From Armatimonadota bacterium (lineage in GTDB: Bacteria; Vulcanimicrobiota; JACPDS01; JBDRKI01), in NCBI GenBank assembly GCA_043814095.1, contig JBDRKI010000072.1, positions 1 through 15,980 on the forward strand: DNA of 15,980 bases. The letters are read 5' to 3'. The position numbers were made by a program, and so were the translations under genes. Shown here piece after piece: positions 8,295-15,928 of the stretch. Position 1 is the stretch's first letter. Each line of letters opens with the position of its first letter. Under the pieces are notes generated by a model. That model had not been told where the DNA came from. It searched no databases and was given only the letters and a program-made list of their open reading frames with translations.

Positions 8295-9298
8295 AAAGAA
8301 TATTAGTTACAGGCGGTGCCGGATTTATAGGGAGCAATTTTGTAAGGTATATGCTTGATAAATACAAAGATTACCAGATCTTTGTGCTTGACGCTTTAAC
8401 TTACGCGGGCAACAGAGAGAATATACCCGAGACCATATGGAATGACAGAAGATTCTTCTTTATTCACGGAAATATCTGCGACAGGAAACTGGTTAATGAG
8501 CTTGTAAGCCAGGTTGACCAGGTAGTTCATATGGCTGCAGAGACACATGTGGATAATTCCATATATAATACAGATGATTTTGTAGATACGGATGTTAAGG
8601 GAACCCAGATTCTTTTAGACGCGGTAAGAAAAAATTCAACGGAAAGATTTATACATATATCAACATCAGAAGTTTACGGCACAGCTATGAAAGAGCCCAT
8701 GGATGAGAACCAGCCGTTAAATCCGCGCAGTCCTTACGCGGCGGCAAAAGCCGCGGCAGACCGGCTTGCTTATTCCTATTACTGCACATTTGATCTACCG
8801 GTAGTCATATTAAGGCCGTTTAACAATTACGGGCCTTACCAGCATGTTGAGAAGCTCATTCCCTGCTTTATAACCCGCACCATACAGCATAAATGGCTTC
8901 CTTTACACGGTAATGGCAAGAGCACAAGAGACTGGCTATATGTAGGCGATACATGCAAAGCCATAGATAAAGCCCTGCACGGCAACTTAGATAAATTAAA
9001 AGGTGAAGTTATAAATGTGGGAACAGGCAAAGCAACAAGCATAATTGATATTACCAAAAAAATCATAAAATACTTTGATAAATCCAGTTCTTTAATAAAA
9101 CACTTAAACGACAGGCCCGGTCAGGTGGAGAAGCATCTTTCTTCAACTAAAAAAGCGAAAGATCTGCTTTCCTGGCAGGATGAAACCCCGTTTGACAAAG
9201 GATTAAAAAAGACAATTCAGTGGTATGAGAAAAACGAGCTCTGGTGGTTAAACCTTAAGTTAAAGCATCCCGAACTTAATAACCATGATGAAAATTAA
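8291..9298 (+). CDS. rmlB: dTDP-glucose 4,6-dehydratase (RmlB)-like SDR with a variant active-site motif
   Basis: ILVTGGAGFIGSNFV, DALTYAGN, AAETHVD, PRSPYAAAK, NNYGPYQHVEKLIP and RDWLYV; has STSEVYG instead of the usual STDEVYG; ATGA overlap with the upstream gene. Confidence 0.75.
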   Translation: MKRILVTGGAGFIGSNFVRYMLDKYKDYQIFVLDALTYAGNRENIPETIWNDRRFFFIHGNICDRKLVNELVSQVDQVVHMAAETHVDNSIYNTDDFVDTDVKGTQILLDAVRKNSTERFIHISTSEVYGTAMKEPMDENQPLNPRSPYAAAKAAADRLAYSYYCTFDLPVVILRPFNNYGPYQHVEKLIPCFITRTIQHKWLPLHGNGKSTRDWLYVGDTCKAIDKALHGNLDKLKGEVINVGTGKATSIIDITKKIIKYFDKSSSLIKHLNDRPGQVEKHLSSTKKAKDLLSWQDETPFDKGLKKTIQWYEKNELWWLNLKLKHPELNNHDEN

Positions 9299-10937
9299 TT
9301 TAAAGAAATTCTTTGATTCTCCGGAAAAAAGGTATCTTTTCTATATCCTTATTATTGCTTTTCTTCTGCGTGTATATAAATGCAGGATAAATGTTGATTT
9401 TTCCTCAGGTGATGAAGCAGGGTTTGTGCTTTCTGCAGTTTACTGGGTTAAGCTTTTTAAATGCGGGGGCCTTCCCGAATTTGTTAAAACTTTTTATAGG
9501 ATAGCATCAGTAACATGGGGCTACGGCTACCAGATGGTAGTATTTATAAATATCCTTATACTCCGCCTTTTTAATATAACTTTAAACGAATTTACCTTAA
9601 CCATCCCTTATATCCTTATGGGTACGGCAGACTGTCTCCTTATATATCTTCTTGTTAAAGAGCTTTACAATAAATATGCAGGTATTTTTGCATCCCTTAT
9701 TCTTGCAGTATCACCCTGGCATATCTTATGTTCAAGAACGGCAGGCAACCATGCTGTACCGGTATTTCTTCTTTTGGCCGCACTATACTTTTTCGTAATA
9801 TCGCTAAAGACAAAACTTAAAGAGAAAAAGTATTATATCCCGGCTTCGGTATTTATGGGATTATATATAATATCAGACGGGCAGTTCCCGGCATTTGTCA
9901 TGCTTGTATTTGTAATAGCATATTTATTTACAAGGAATACAAACAACCTAGAGTTTTTAAAATATGTATTTAACAGAAAAATACTTGCATTTCCCGTGTT
10001 ATTCATGCTCCCTGTAATATTTATTCAGATCTACCTTATCCTTATAAATAAAGCTGTTTACGGTTACCTAGGCCATTATTTTGAGAAGAACAGCAAGCTG
10101 GGTTTTTACCTTTTAGATGTTCTTACTTATTTAAAATATAACTGCGGGATACTGCTCCTAATCTTATTTATAACAGCCTTCTTTTACGCTCTTAATAAGC
10201 TTAAGAGGTTGGAACCCGTATCATGTGCTTATTTCATGCTTGCTTTATATGCCATGCCCTGGCTTTTCCTTATACCCAAAGAATCAACGATGGTGCAGAC
10301 TTATCTTTTCCCGATAGAGCTCTCCCTTATAATCCTTGCAGGCGTCTTTATAGCCGATATTGCTAAATACGTTAAAGGCTATAATATAGTAAATGCATTA
10401 GTCCTGACAGCAGTAATTATCATTACATTATTCTATTCAGCCAGCATATATAATTACAAGATCATGACAGATGAACTTGTATTATATAATACAGGGCTTT
10501 TACCTAATTACGGTGTTAAGACAGCAGGTTATTTCATAAGGCAGAATTACACAGAAGACAAAAATTTGAAAGTATTTACGGATCTTGAGCCTCCCTTAGG
10601 GAAGTATTATTTCTCGGACTTTAAGATATTATCTGATTTTGACATAAACAGGGATAATAAAGAAGAATTAATAGATTTATTTAATAAATACAGGTACAGA
10701 GCTGATATAGCAGCAGTAACGCTTCCTTCATATTTAACATTAAAAGATGAGCTTAATAAAGAAGGTTTTAAGTTATCAGTTATAGTTACCGACCATTACA
10801 GGGTCATCTTCATGGTTATGGACAAGAAAACAAAGATGCCTGTTATATCATCTGTAGAGCAGTATGACCGTATGTTTGACGCAAAATACGGCAATCTTAA
10901 GGGTCTTTTCTGTGAAGCCCCCTGGGGTGATAATTAA
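9285..10937 (+). CDS. Polytopic membrane protein, probable GT-C (ArnT/PMT, GT39-like) glycosyltransferase with a soluble C-terminal domain
   Basis: AFLLRVY...GDE acidic pair in the first loop, IYLLVKELYNKYAGIFASLILAVSPWHILCSR motif typical of ArnT/PMT-like proteins, about 10 or more hydrophobic segments. Overlaps the rmlB-like 3' end by 14 nt; start is 9285 or 9288. Confidence 0.75.
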   Translation: MMKINLKKFFDSPEKRYLFYILIIAFLLRVYKCRINVDFSSGDEAGFVLSAVYWVKLFKCGGLPEFVKTFYRIASVTWGYGYQMVVFINILILRLFNITLNEFTLTIPYILMGTADCLLIYLLVKELYNKYAGIFASLILAVSPWHILCSRTAGNHAVPVFLLLAALYFFVISLKTKLKEKKYYIPASVFMGLYIISDGQFPAFVMLVFVIAYLFTRNTNNLEFLKYVFNRKILAFPVLFMLPVIFIQIYLILINKAVYGYLGHYFEKNSKLGFYLLDVLTYLKYNCGILLLILFITAFFYALNKLKRLEPVSCAYFMLALYAMPWLFLIPKESTMVQTYLFPIELSLIILAGVFIADIAKYVKGYNIVNALVLTAVIIITLFYSASIYNYKIMTDELVLYNTGLLPNYGVKTAGYFIRQNYTEDKNLKVFTDLEPPLGKYYFSDFKILSDFDINRDNKEELIDLFNKYRYRADIAAVTLPSYLTLKDELNKEGFKLSVIVTDHYRVIFMVMDKKTKMPVISSVEQYDRMFDAKYGNLKGLFCEAPWGDN

Positions 10938-10945
10938 GCTGATAT

Positions 10946-10988
10946 TGCAACCTTATTTACATTACAACTGTAATATAAATAGGTTGCA
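10946..10988. terminator. Long imperfect hairpin between convergent genes, possible bidirectional terminator
   Basis: TGCAACCTTATTTACATTACA (10946-10966) pairs with TGTAATATAAATAGGTTGCA (10969-10988) with one bulge and one mismatch. It fills most of the 61-bp gap between two stop codons; there is no canonical U-tract. Confidence 0.55.
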
Positions 10989-10998
10989 GAGACTGATT

Positions 10999-12447
10999 CT
11001 AGTTCCTCACCGCTTCTTTATGTTTCCCGTTTTTCTTTTTGCCTGAAAGCATCTTTAATGCGGCCTTGGCGTTTACCTTAAGCTCCCAGAAAGATCTTAT
11101 GCCTAAGAGTTTCTTTAAGATATATTTAGGCCTTACATAGAATCTTTTATAGCAGTTATTAAGAATCTGGGATATCTGGTCTTCTGAGAATATATTCCAT
11201 AGAGGTGGTTTGAAGCTTTCAGTCGGGTTTAATGCAAATTCTTTCCACACATCTGATTTTACAACACCCTGCTTTATCGCAAGATCATATAATTCGGTTG
11301 CAGGCAGGCATGTTGTTACCGAGAACTGCACGAAATGAGGATCCATTTTTAATGCCAGTGCCATTGATTCTTCTATCTCTTTTTTAGTTTCTTCAGGCGA
11401 GCCTATCATGAAATCAAGAAGTACGGTAAAACCGTGCTTCTTTGTAAGTTTTGCTATTTTTTCTGCCTTTTCAAGGTTAATCTCTTTTTTTAATACATTA
11501 AGTATTCTTGTATTTCCTGATTCTATGCCGTAGCTTATTCTTTTGCATCCTGCTTTCTTTAGAGCTATAAGCATTTCTTCGTCTATTGTATCTACTCTTG
11601 AACGGATATCCCATTCTATTTTAATTTTCCTTTTTATTATCTCATCACATATTTTAAGTACTCTTTTTTTGTTAACGGTAAAGGTTTCATCAAATATGAA
11701 TATGTTTTTTATGCCCATCTTTACGCATTCTTCTATCTCATCTGCTATATTCTCAGCTGATCTGCTTCTCCAGCCGGTATTCTTCTGGTAGCAGAAGAAA
11801 CACTGGAAAGGACAGCCACGTGACGTTATCATCGTCGTTATAGGTCTTGTTTTATCAAGGATTGAGTAGTATTTTTCATAACATGTCATTTTTCTGTCAG
11901 GGAAGGGAAGCTTATCTAACTCATTTATTACTTCCTGCACGGGGTTTATCTTTATCTTACCGTTTTCTTTATATCCCAGGTTGGGAACTCTTGAGAGATC
12001 TTTATTATCTTTTAATTTATCTATAAGGTCTGTGAAGGCGTATTCGGCTTCACCTGTTATAATATAGTCTATTGCGGGCTGGGAGAGTGTCTCTTCGGGG
12101 TATATGGTTACATGGGGACCGCCTGTGCATACTTTTATGTTTGGGTTAACTTCTTTTGTTATCTTAGTGAGCATAACGGTATCAAGGTATGAGAATGTCC
12201 ATGCCGGTACACCTACCATATCAGGCTTAAATTTCCGTATATAGTTCTTTATATCATCATAACTCATTTTTAAAGCGTAGGAATCTAATACTTTTACCTC
12301 TATATCAGGCATTTTTTCCTTTACGAATGTTGCAAGGTATATAAGGCCAAGGGGAGGGAAGAACCCCTGCTCTTCTGTAGCGAAGTCCGGCAGGGTTGTC
12401 GCAAGATGCTTTATTACCGGCGGATTAATAAGTAATATTTTTTTCAT
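10999..12447 (-). CDS. B12-binding domain radical SAM protein (class B methyltransferase-like)
   Basis: N-terminal ILLINPP..PPLGLIYLA, GGPHVT, GEAE; SRGCPFQCFFC CxxxCxxC motif at 11791-11814; DETFT, SRVD, GIESG and FMIGSPEET; SD AAGGA at 12456-12460. Confidence 0.92.
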   Translation of the reverse strand: MKKILLINPPVIKHLATTLPDFATEEQGFFPPLGLIYLATFVKEKMPDIEVKVLDSYALKMSYDDIKNYIRKFKPDMVGVPAWTFSYLDTVMLTKITKEVNPNIKVCTGGPHVTIYPEETLSQPAIDYIITGEAEYAFTDLIDKLKDNKDLSRVPNLGYKENGKIKINPVQEVINELDKLPFPDRKMTCYEKYYSILDKTRPITTMITSRGCPFQCFFCYQKNTGWRSRSAENIADEIEECVKMGIKNIFIFDETFTVNKKRVLKICDEIIKRKIKIEWDIRSRVDTIDEEMLIALKKAGCKRISYGIESGNTRILNVLKKEINLEKAEKIAKLTKKHGFTVLLDFMIGSPEETKKEIEESMALALKMDPHFVQFSVTTCLPATELYDLAIKQGVVKSDVWKEFALNPTESFKPPLWNIFSEDQISQILNNCYKRFYVRPKYILKKLLGIRSFWELKVNAKAALKMLSGKKKNGKHKEAVRN

Positions 12448-12458
12448 AATGTATATCC

Positions 12459-12487
12459 TTTACAATAACCTTTATATTATATATAAT
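12459..12487 (+). promoter_or_regulatory. Putative sigma70-type promoter for the + strand radical SAM/wzx genes
   Basis: TTTACA (12459-12464), 17-nt spacer, TATAAT (12482-12487). The region is very AT-rich, so a chance match is possible. Confidence 0.5.
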
Positions 12488-12514
12488 TTTATAATATAAT
12501 TATCCAAATTGCAA
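12486..12514 (-). promoter_or_regulatory. Putative sigma70-type promoter for the - strand radical SAM gene
   Basis: On the minus strand: TTGCAA (12514-12509), 17-nt spacer, TAAAAT (12491-12486). Confidence 0.45.
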
Positions 12515-12529
12515 TAATATGGGGATAAG

Positions 12530-13849
12530 ATGAAAGTTGTATTAATTTACCCGGGAATAACCTCATGCGGGTTTAAGAGCAAAGACAAAAGCTCTGAATC
12601 TACATGGATAAGCCACGGCTTATGCTATCTGGGAGCAAATGCCGTATCTCACGGCTATGAAGTTGAGCTTATTGACTTAAGAAGGCTTAACGGCTGGGAC
12701 CATTTTATTAAAGAGATAGAAAGAATTAACCCTTCTGTTGCGGGCATTACCATGATGACCGTTGATTACGAGCCTGCAATGGAGGCTGTTAAGATTATTA
12801 AAGATAAGCTCCCGCAGATTAAGATAATAGCAGGAGGGGTTCATCCTACAATAGGGATTAATGAGCTTAAGGAAGATCCCCGTATTGATCATATAATTAC
12901 AGGGGAAGGGGAGATAAGCTTTGTTGAGCTTCTTAATGATATTAAGGATAATAAAAATGCTCCTAAAGTAATACAGGGAAAAACTCCCGAACTTGATAAA
13001 CTTCCTATGGCAGACAGGAATCTTTTTACTTTAAGAGAGCAGCCTATAGGAGGCCAGCTTCCTGAACCATTCTTTACCCTTATAGCGGGCAGGGGATGCA
13101 TATATAACTGCAGTTTCTGCCAGCCGGCCGAGAAGCTTATCTTCGGGAAAAAAGTAAGAAGAAGAAGCGTTGATAATGTTATTGAAGAGCTTAAATATAT
13201 AAGGGATAATTACGGATTTAACAGCTTCCTTATCCATGATGACTGCTTAACAGAAGACAGAGACTGGATAATGGAGTTCTGCAGAAAATATAAAGAGAAC
13301 GGCTTTAAACAGACTTTTGCATGCCAGAGCAGGGCTGATATCATATGCAGGAACGAAGATATGGTAAAAGAGCTTGCAGATGCAGGTCTATCATTATTCC
13401 TGATAGGATTTGAAAGCGGGAACCAGAGAATACTGAATTTCTTAAGAAAAGGCACAAAGGTAGAGCATAACTTAAAAGCAGCTAAGATATGCAGGAAGTA
13501 TAATATAAGGATATGGGCAAATTATATGATGGGTATCCCCACAGAGACAAAAGAGGAAGTATTAGATACCGTTAATATGATTAAAGAGATAGCGCCTGAT
13601 GTTTACAGTCCCGCGTATTATACGCCTCACCCGGGTAGTGATTTATTTGAATACTGTGAAAAACACGGTCTTTCTCTTGTAAAGGATCATTCAGGATACA
13701 GGCGCAATGCAACAGAACCTAAGATAAAGGATGTTGATTACGTTTTTCTGGATAAAGCTGTTGAAGATTCAATGAGGCAGACCCCGGTTATTAAAGCACG
13801 TAAGTTTTATTACAGGGTCAGGAAGAAGTTGAAAACACTTTCGGTTTAA
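12530..13849 (+). CDS. B12-binding domain radical SAM protein (class B methyltransferase-like)
   Basis: VVLIYP..SHGLCYL, GGVHPT, GEGE; GRGCIYNCSFC CxxxCxxC motif at 13097-13120; DDCLT, SRAD, GFESG, YMMGIPTET and TPHPGSDLF. Confidence 0.92.
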   Translation: MKVVLIYPGITSCGFKSKDKSSESTWISHGLCYLGANAVSHGYEVELIDLRRLNGWDHFIKEIERINPSVAGITMMTVDYEPAMEAVKIIKDKLPQIKIIAGGVHPTIGINELKEDPRIDHIITGEGEISFVELLNDIKDNKNAPKVIQGKTPELDKLPMADRNLFTLREQPIGGQLPEPFFTLIAGRGCIYNCSFCQPAEKLIFGKKVRRRSVDNVIEELKYIRDNYGFNSFLIHDDCLTEDRDWIMEFCRKYKENGFKQTFACQSRADIICRNEDMVKELADAGLSLFLIGFESGNQRILNFLRKGTKVEHNLKAAKICRKYNIRIWANYMMGIPTETKEEVLDTVNMIKEIAPDVYSPAYYTPHPGSDLFEYCEKHGLSLVKDHSGYRRNATEPKIKDVDYVFLDKAVEDSMRQTPVIKARKFYYRVRKKLKTLSV

Positions 13850-13856
13850 TGAATAT

Positions 13857-15320
13857 ATGAGTTTAAAACAAAGAACAGTTAAAGGTTTATTCTGGACGAC
13901 TTTAATCCTCTTCTCATCAAGAGGATTAGGTTTTTTAAGCAATATCATATTATGCCGTATTCTATTTCCCGAAGATTTCGGCATAGTAGCTCTTTCAATG
14001 ATGGTTATAAATCTTCTTTACCTTTTACAGGAATTCGGTATGGGCGCAGCCCTTATATACGAGAAGGGCGATATTAAAAAGGCTTCTAATGCCTCATTCT
14101 ACCTAAACCTTATATTCAGTATATTCTTATGTATTATTCTTTATTCTTTCTCAGGTGTTATAGGCGACTTCTTTAAAACACCGCAGCTTGTAAAAGTATT
14201 AAAGATTATGGTCATACCCTTATTTATTTCTTCTTTATCGGTTACTCCCCAGGCAATTATAAACAAGAAAATGGAGTTTAAGAAAACTTTTTATCCGGAA
14301 GTAGTCGCTAACTCTGTATATATAATCATAGCTGTTCTTCTTGCATTAAGAGGGTTCGGATATATGGCAGTCATCTACGCTTATATCGCTCAGATGTGTA
14401 TAAGTACGGTTCTTTACTATATAGTTTCAGGCTGGCTGCCGTCACTTGAGTTTGATTTAACCCAGGCCAAGAAGATGTTAAAATACGGTGTCCATCTTTT
14501 TGGATCCGGTATAATAGTTTTTGTAAGCACCAATATTGATAATGCTATGATAGGGAGGCTTATAGACTCGGCAGCTTTAGGTTACTACTACCTCGCTTAT
14601 AATATAGCGAATATTACCGCTACTACATTAACCCCTGTTATAAGTAAGGTTTCATTCAGTTTATTCTGCAACCTGAATAAAGATATTGAAGGATTGAAAA
14701 AAGGCGTATTAAAGGTGCTGGAATTTACACTGCTTGTTATTATGCCTATTACCGTTGGGTTATTTGTATTCTCAACACATTTTGTATTTGTGGTATTAGG
14801 CGCCAAATGGGGGCCTGTTGTTGTCATAATCCAGATTTTATGCTGGCTTGCTCTTTTAAGGGCTATAGGCACCTGCAGCGGCCTTATCTTTAACTCAATA
14901 GGAAAAACCCATGTTCCTTTTATTAACGGGGTTGTTTTTATGTTTTTAGGCGCGGGGTTAATATATTATTTTACAAAGAATTTTGGTTTCATAGGCACAG
15001 CCCAGGCGGTTATTATTCAGGGTGTTTTAGGCATAATGTTTATATTCTATCTGGGTGTAAAGAATTTAGATTTTAAGGATTATGAACTGTTAAGCGCATT
15101 TAAAGCGCCTGTGATAGGATCTCTTGTACTGGGCATAACGGGATATATTTTAAAGAAAACCGTTTTTGCTTCCTTAACCTGGTATAATCTTATTGCTTTA
15201 ATATTAATAGGGACGGCTCTTTACTGCTTTACGGTATGGAAAGTTAAAAAAGAAATATTAGATGATCTTAATCTTATGGTAAAAGAGTTATTCTCAAAAA
15301 AACGGCATGATAACGGATAG
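13857..15320 (+). CDS. wzx: Wzx/WzxC-type polysaccharide flippase (MOP/PST family)
   Basis: MSLKQRTVKGLFW, RILFPEDFGIVA, EFGMGAALI, NIDNAMIGRL..ALGYY.LAY and LGAKW; about 14 hydrophobic segments over 487 aa. Confidence 0.88.
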   Translation: MSLKQRTVKGLFWTTLILFSSRGLGFLSNIILCRILFPEDFGIVALSMMVINLLYLLQEFGMGAALIYEKGDIKKASNASFYLNLIFSIFLCIILYSFSGVIGDFFKTPQLVKVLKIMVIPLFISSLSVTPQAIINKKMEFKKTFYPEVVANSVYIIIAVLLALRGFGYMAVIYAYIAQMCISTVLYYIVSGWLPSLEFDLTQAKKMLKYGVHLFGSGIIVFVSTNIDNAMIGRLIDSAALGYYYLAYNIANITATTLTPVISKVSFSLFCNLNKDIEGLKKGVLKVLEFTLLVIMPITVGLFVFSTHFVFVVLGAKWGPVVVIIQILCWLALLRAIGTCSGLIFNSIGKTHVPFINGVVFMFLGAGLIYYFTKNFGFIGTAQAVIIQGVLGIMFIFYLGVKNLDFKDYELLSAFKAPVIGSLVLGITGYILKKTVFASLTWYNLIALILIGTALYCFTVWKVKKEILDDLNLMVKELFSKKRHDNG

Positions 15321-15339
15321 AAAAAAACATCAAAAACAG

Positions 15340-15618
15340 CTACACTGCTTTTTCAATTTCGATTGATTCATATTCGGGGAACATAATAATGGCAGGATGA
15401 ACATTAAAAGCCCTTGCCAGAAGTTCTACCCGCTTTTTGCCTATATCCACATTATTGTTTTCCAGCAAGCTGATATTTGTCGACTTAAGGCCTGTGCGTT
15501 TGGCAAGCTCGGCCTGTGTCCAGCCTTTTAACTTGCGCAGCATTTTAATAACTTCTCCTGTTGTCAGCGTAGTATGGGGCTTGGCAGCAGTAAATTCGGA
15601 AGTTTTATAATTTTTCAT
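15340..15618 (-). CDS. Nested in-frame HigA-like XRE HTH antitoxin (92 aa) from an internal start
   Basis: The minus strand reads CAGGAGAAATTTATG: AGGAG at 15629-15625, a 6-nt spacer, then ATG at 15618 (Met92 of the fused ORF). Confidence 0.75.
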   Translation of the reverse strand: MKNYKTSEFTAAKPHTTLTTGEVIKMLRKLKGWTQAELAKRTGLKSTNISLLENNNVDIGKKRVELLARAFNVHPAIIMFPEYESIEIEKAV

Positions 15619-15891
15619 AAATTTCTCCTGGGGTGTTATCTCTAAAACATAAACCGTAACAATATCGCGTTCTACGGTGTATATAACCCTGTATTGCAAA
15701 CTGAGACGCGATGAACGCTGTCCTGTAGGACTTTTCTTAATTTTTTCATCATGAAAGCCGGGGAATTCTTTTAATTTCCCGGGACCGTGCCTAAATACAA
15801 TATCCTTCCAAAGTTCGTATTTCTTCAATACCGGAACCGGAAGTTTAATGCAGATCTTTTTTATATCGCGGTGTTCATAAATATGCCACAT
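15340..15891 (-). CDS. In-frame fusion of a RelE/HigB/YoeB-like toxin domain (aa 1 to about 88) and an XRE-family HTH antitoxin (aa 92-183)
   Basis: The N-half has FPGFHDEK..GQRSSRLSLQYRVIY..V.VLEITP, a RelE-superfamily pattern. The C-half has GEVIKMLRKLKGWTQAELAKRTGLKSTNISLLENNNVDIGKKRVELLARAFNV, a Cro/C1 HTH. There is no stop codon between them. Confidence 0.82.
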   Translation of the reverse strand: MWHIYEHRDIKKICIKLPVPVLKKYELWKDIVFRHGPGKLKEFPGFHDEKIKKSPTGQRSSRLSLQYRVIYTVERDIVTVYVLEITPQEKFMKNYKTSEFTAAKPHTTLTTGEVIKMLRKLKGWTQAELAKRTGLKSTNISLLENNNVDIGKKRVELLARAFNVHPAIIMFPEYESIEIEKAV

Positions 15892-15899
15892 TATTAATT

Positions 15900-15928
15900 A
15901 TAATAACATATTAAAAATGATAAGTCAA
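15900..15928 (-). promoter_or_regulatory. Putative sigma70 promoter of the TA module giving a near-leaderless transcript
   Basis: TTGACT (15928-15923), a 17-nt spacer ending in TGT (extended -10), TATTAT (15905-15900), then only 8 nt before ATG 15891 and no SD. Confidence 0.6.

Noticed and set aside
539-14872. Short alternative-frame ORFs in the track (539-778, 1312-1569, 3378-3590, 6697-7038, 7631-7855, 8836-9066, 10864-11046, 11543-11791, 12677-12892, 12889-13101, 13031-13237, 13210-13455, 13769-13984, 14597-14872)
   Set aside because: All largely overlap well-supported genes, mostly antisense, and show no recognisable motifs; they are treated as shadow ORFs.
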